From Chiloscyllium plagiosum (lineage: Eukaryota), in contig NC_057746.1 in NCBI RefSeq assembly GCF_004010195.1, positions 15,604,544 to 15,668,543 of the forward strand: a DNA stretch of 64,000 bases, in the 5' to 3' direction. Below are positions 61,141-64,000 of this stretch, piece after piece. How positions within the stretch are numbered: position 1 is the stretch's first letter; each line of letters starts with the position of its first letter. The notes under the pieces were generated by a model, which saw nothing but the letters and a program-made list of their open reading frames with translations, was not told the origin of the DNA and did no database searches. Both the position numbers and the translations under genes were made by a program.

Positions 61141-64000
61141 TCCAAGGAGTACTGTGAGCAGTTTTGCTCCCCTTAGTTCAGGAAAGATGTCATTTCACTG
61201 GAGGCCAATGAAGAGAAGATTCAATGGAATAATCGCTTTCGGCAATAAAGTCTAAACTCTAGTAACTGGATTTTAGAAGAACGAGAGGTGATTTCATTAA
61301 ACATGTCTGATTTTTAAGGGCTTAACATGGTAAATGTTAAATGGATGGTTCCCCGCATGGAAGAGTCTAGGAGTAGAGGACTGAGTCTCAGAATAAGGCA
61401 AAGCAAATCTGAGACTCAGATGAGGACAAACTTCTTCTCGAGGAGGATTGTGATTGCTTGGAACTCCTTTCTGCAGAGAACTATGGGGGCAGTGTCCTTA
61501 TTTATATTTCAATCTAGGATAGAGAGATTAATGATCAATCAGGGAACAAGGCTTATAGGGAAAGTGCAGGAAAGTGGAAGTGAGAAATATTGGTTTGCTC
61601 ATTTTGTTAATGAATGGTTGTGAGGTTTGATGCGCCAAATGGCCTACTCCTATTCCTGTTTCTCATTCTCTTAAAACTGATAGTAACAGGCTCCACTATC
61701 AATAATAATTCTGCATCTGGTGACAGCATGTTAATGGGCATTACATTTGCTGAAATAAGCATATCATGCTGTATTTCAAAAATGGTTTTCTTATTTCAGT
61801 TTGAATTCTGGTAAAATACAAATACGTTTCTGACCACATGGAACAGGGATCATCTCTGAGTCATAGAAATTGACAACATACCATTCAACCACTGTCAAAG
61901 TGCTACGCTGCCTCATTTCCACTTCTCAGCACTTGGTGTTTAGCTTGGAAATTTAGGACATTTCAAGTGTATATTCAATTATTATTTAAAAATACAATTA
62001 GGATGCTTGCCTTTGTCACCCTTCATGTTTAGGTTTCTAGACTTCCAAAATGCTCTCTGTGCAAACATCTTTCTCAATTCCCCTTTAATCGCCCAGATTG
62101 CTGATATTAATTTGTTCAAGGATGTCTGTCTTTGTCTCCATTCATTCTACATCATCAGGAATTGCACTCACCTCCATCCAATTTCTCTGCAGCATCTTCT
62201 GTTCCATACAAAGTCTGAAAATCTTATCCTCCCCTTCTGAATATGCTTTGGCCCTGGCGAGTCCTCATGAATCTCCACTATACTCACTCCCATATTAGCA
62301 CATCACTCCCATGCCAGGCGCTGTGTGCAGAATCTATGGTCCAGCTCTTAGTTCATTTTGCTCTTGCATTAAATTCCTGCTATCTCCAGGCAGTTCCCAG
62401 CTTATGAACATGTTTCAGAGTATGTTTGTAAGTCAATAAGTTGGAAACAATGTGGTACTGTGAAAGTACAAGTGAACATTTACATGCCAGCTCCTTCAAC
62501 TTCTGAGTAACATAGGATATCTTGCAAGTAAGATCACACATTCCATATTCATAAGTCAATCATGAGCTGGAAAGGTTCTTCCCATGGATTTTAATTATCT
62601 TCACTGGCAATGGTGTATAAGCTGTTATACAACCCATTATGCGGTTATACGTACTTATTTTCATGCAGTCATCAATCTCATTCCATTCTAAGATATTTTC
62701 CTCAATACTATTCCCCAATATTTTTCCCAATGCTGTAATTCTGTACAAAACTTCTGTTGTGACATTGTATTAAATACTTGTTGAAAATCCAATTACAGAA
62801 AAAGCATGTGCATCTCTCTACCCACTGTATCAACTTTAAAATGTGTACAAATCTATCAGATATAGTCCTTCTAACAAATGTATAGATTTAAACTTTTAGA
62901 CTGGGCTTTCATATCATCCACAGGCTTCTTCTCACATTCTGCTGCTCTTTCCGCATTGTTGTTTTTATTTTCCCTATTTCTCCCAATCTGAGGGATTTGC
63001 CTTATGCTATGCTTTTATTGTAGTTCTTTCTTTAGCTTTGATTCTGTGTCATACTCATATAGGTAATGCTAAGTATTTGTTGGTAATCTATTGGTGAAAG
63101 CCCTGTTGAGAAATAAAGAGCATTATGCTGAGGGAAGATTGTACTTTTGTACATCCACACTAGTTGATGGCAAAGGATAATTACTCTGTTTCTCAGGTGT
63201 CAGCCATTTTCTGATTCATTATTACGGACAATGTATTGATGAAATCAGGGGCAACATTTCTGATGGATAAGTTAATCAAGGTTTGGCAGTTAATTGACAG
63301 GATCTGCTAACTGGTGCACTTTCCATGGCCAAACCTCTAAGAATCAGAGTCCAGTTACTTAATAACCATCCCGTCATCCCTTGTCTAGTCCTGTTAGTCT
63401 CATTTCTATGAGATCTCTCCTCATTCTTCTAAGTTCTCGTGTATTTAGCCCGAAATGATGCAGTCTCTCTTCAGAGCGATTCCACATGTGGAAGAATTCA
63501 AACCTCAACGCCATAAATGCAAAGCATTACTAATAGATCCCTTGGAGGTCATCAGGAGCAGACTTGTCGGGTGGTTACAACGTGGAACTAGCTTCCATGG
63601 GGAGTTGATGAGGCAAGTTGTTTAAATGCTTTCAAAGTAAAACAAGAGAATGTTTATTTGGAAAAGGGGAGGGACTGATGAACTGAATAATTGAGATGGC
63701 GTCAATGGGATGAAGTTAGTTCTACAAGCAGAATAAAATTTAAGACAGAGCAGATTGTTTACCTGGCCATTTCTCTTCTCGACATTGTCTATTAAATAAA
63801 ATTCTCTGTATCTGTATATGTCGAGGAAGATCCAAATTTTGAAGTTACAAAAGACCTGCTCCACTGAGCTAACTCATAATAGAATACCTCAAATATAATG
63901 CAGTGATCCAGTGGCATTGCCTGGCAGGAAATATTGGTTTGCAGCATTGTTATGACATTGTCACAGCACACATGACAAGTGAATCAACTGTTGCTATGCA

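Overview
Repeat-rich vertebrate genomic DNA, almost certainly from a shark. This is inferred from HE1/V-SINEs, CR1 LINEs, shark-type Penelope remnants and a shark-type MHC sequence. Three intact multi-exon genes can be assembled from splice signals. (1) A 2-exon GPR139-like class A GPCR on the minus strand (22515-22452 + 13148-12238; 324 aa). (2) A complete MHC class I heavy-chain gene on the plus strand (7 coding exons, 25784/25802-46203; 342-348 aa). It has substitutions at peptide-anchoring positions (Y59F, K146W), so it is probably non-classical, yet it keeps a kB-like/ISRE-like/S-X1-X2-Y promoter with mammalian-like spacing. (3) A second, paralogous GPR139-like GPCR on the minus strand (58947-58884 + 55416-54527; 317 aa). 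The MHC-I gene therefore sits inside a tandem GPCR array, head-to-head with one receptor and tail-to-tail with the other. The rest is transposon-derived: CR1 fragments, HE1 and other tRNA-SINEs, a Mutator-like element with TIRs, TSD and transposase relic in a five-level nest, a pogo-like MITE carried at the same site in two CR1 copies, Penelope-like remnants with minimal hammerhead-ribozyme motifs, a solo LTR, two SINE-tail insertions flanked by 74- and 100-bp duplications, tandem repeats and one 578-N gap. All calls are by eye; no database search was run.
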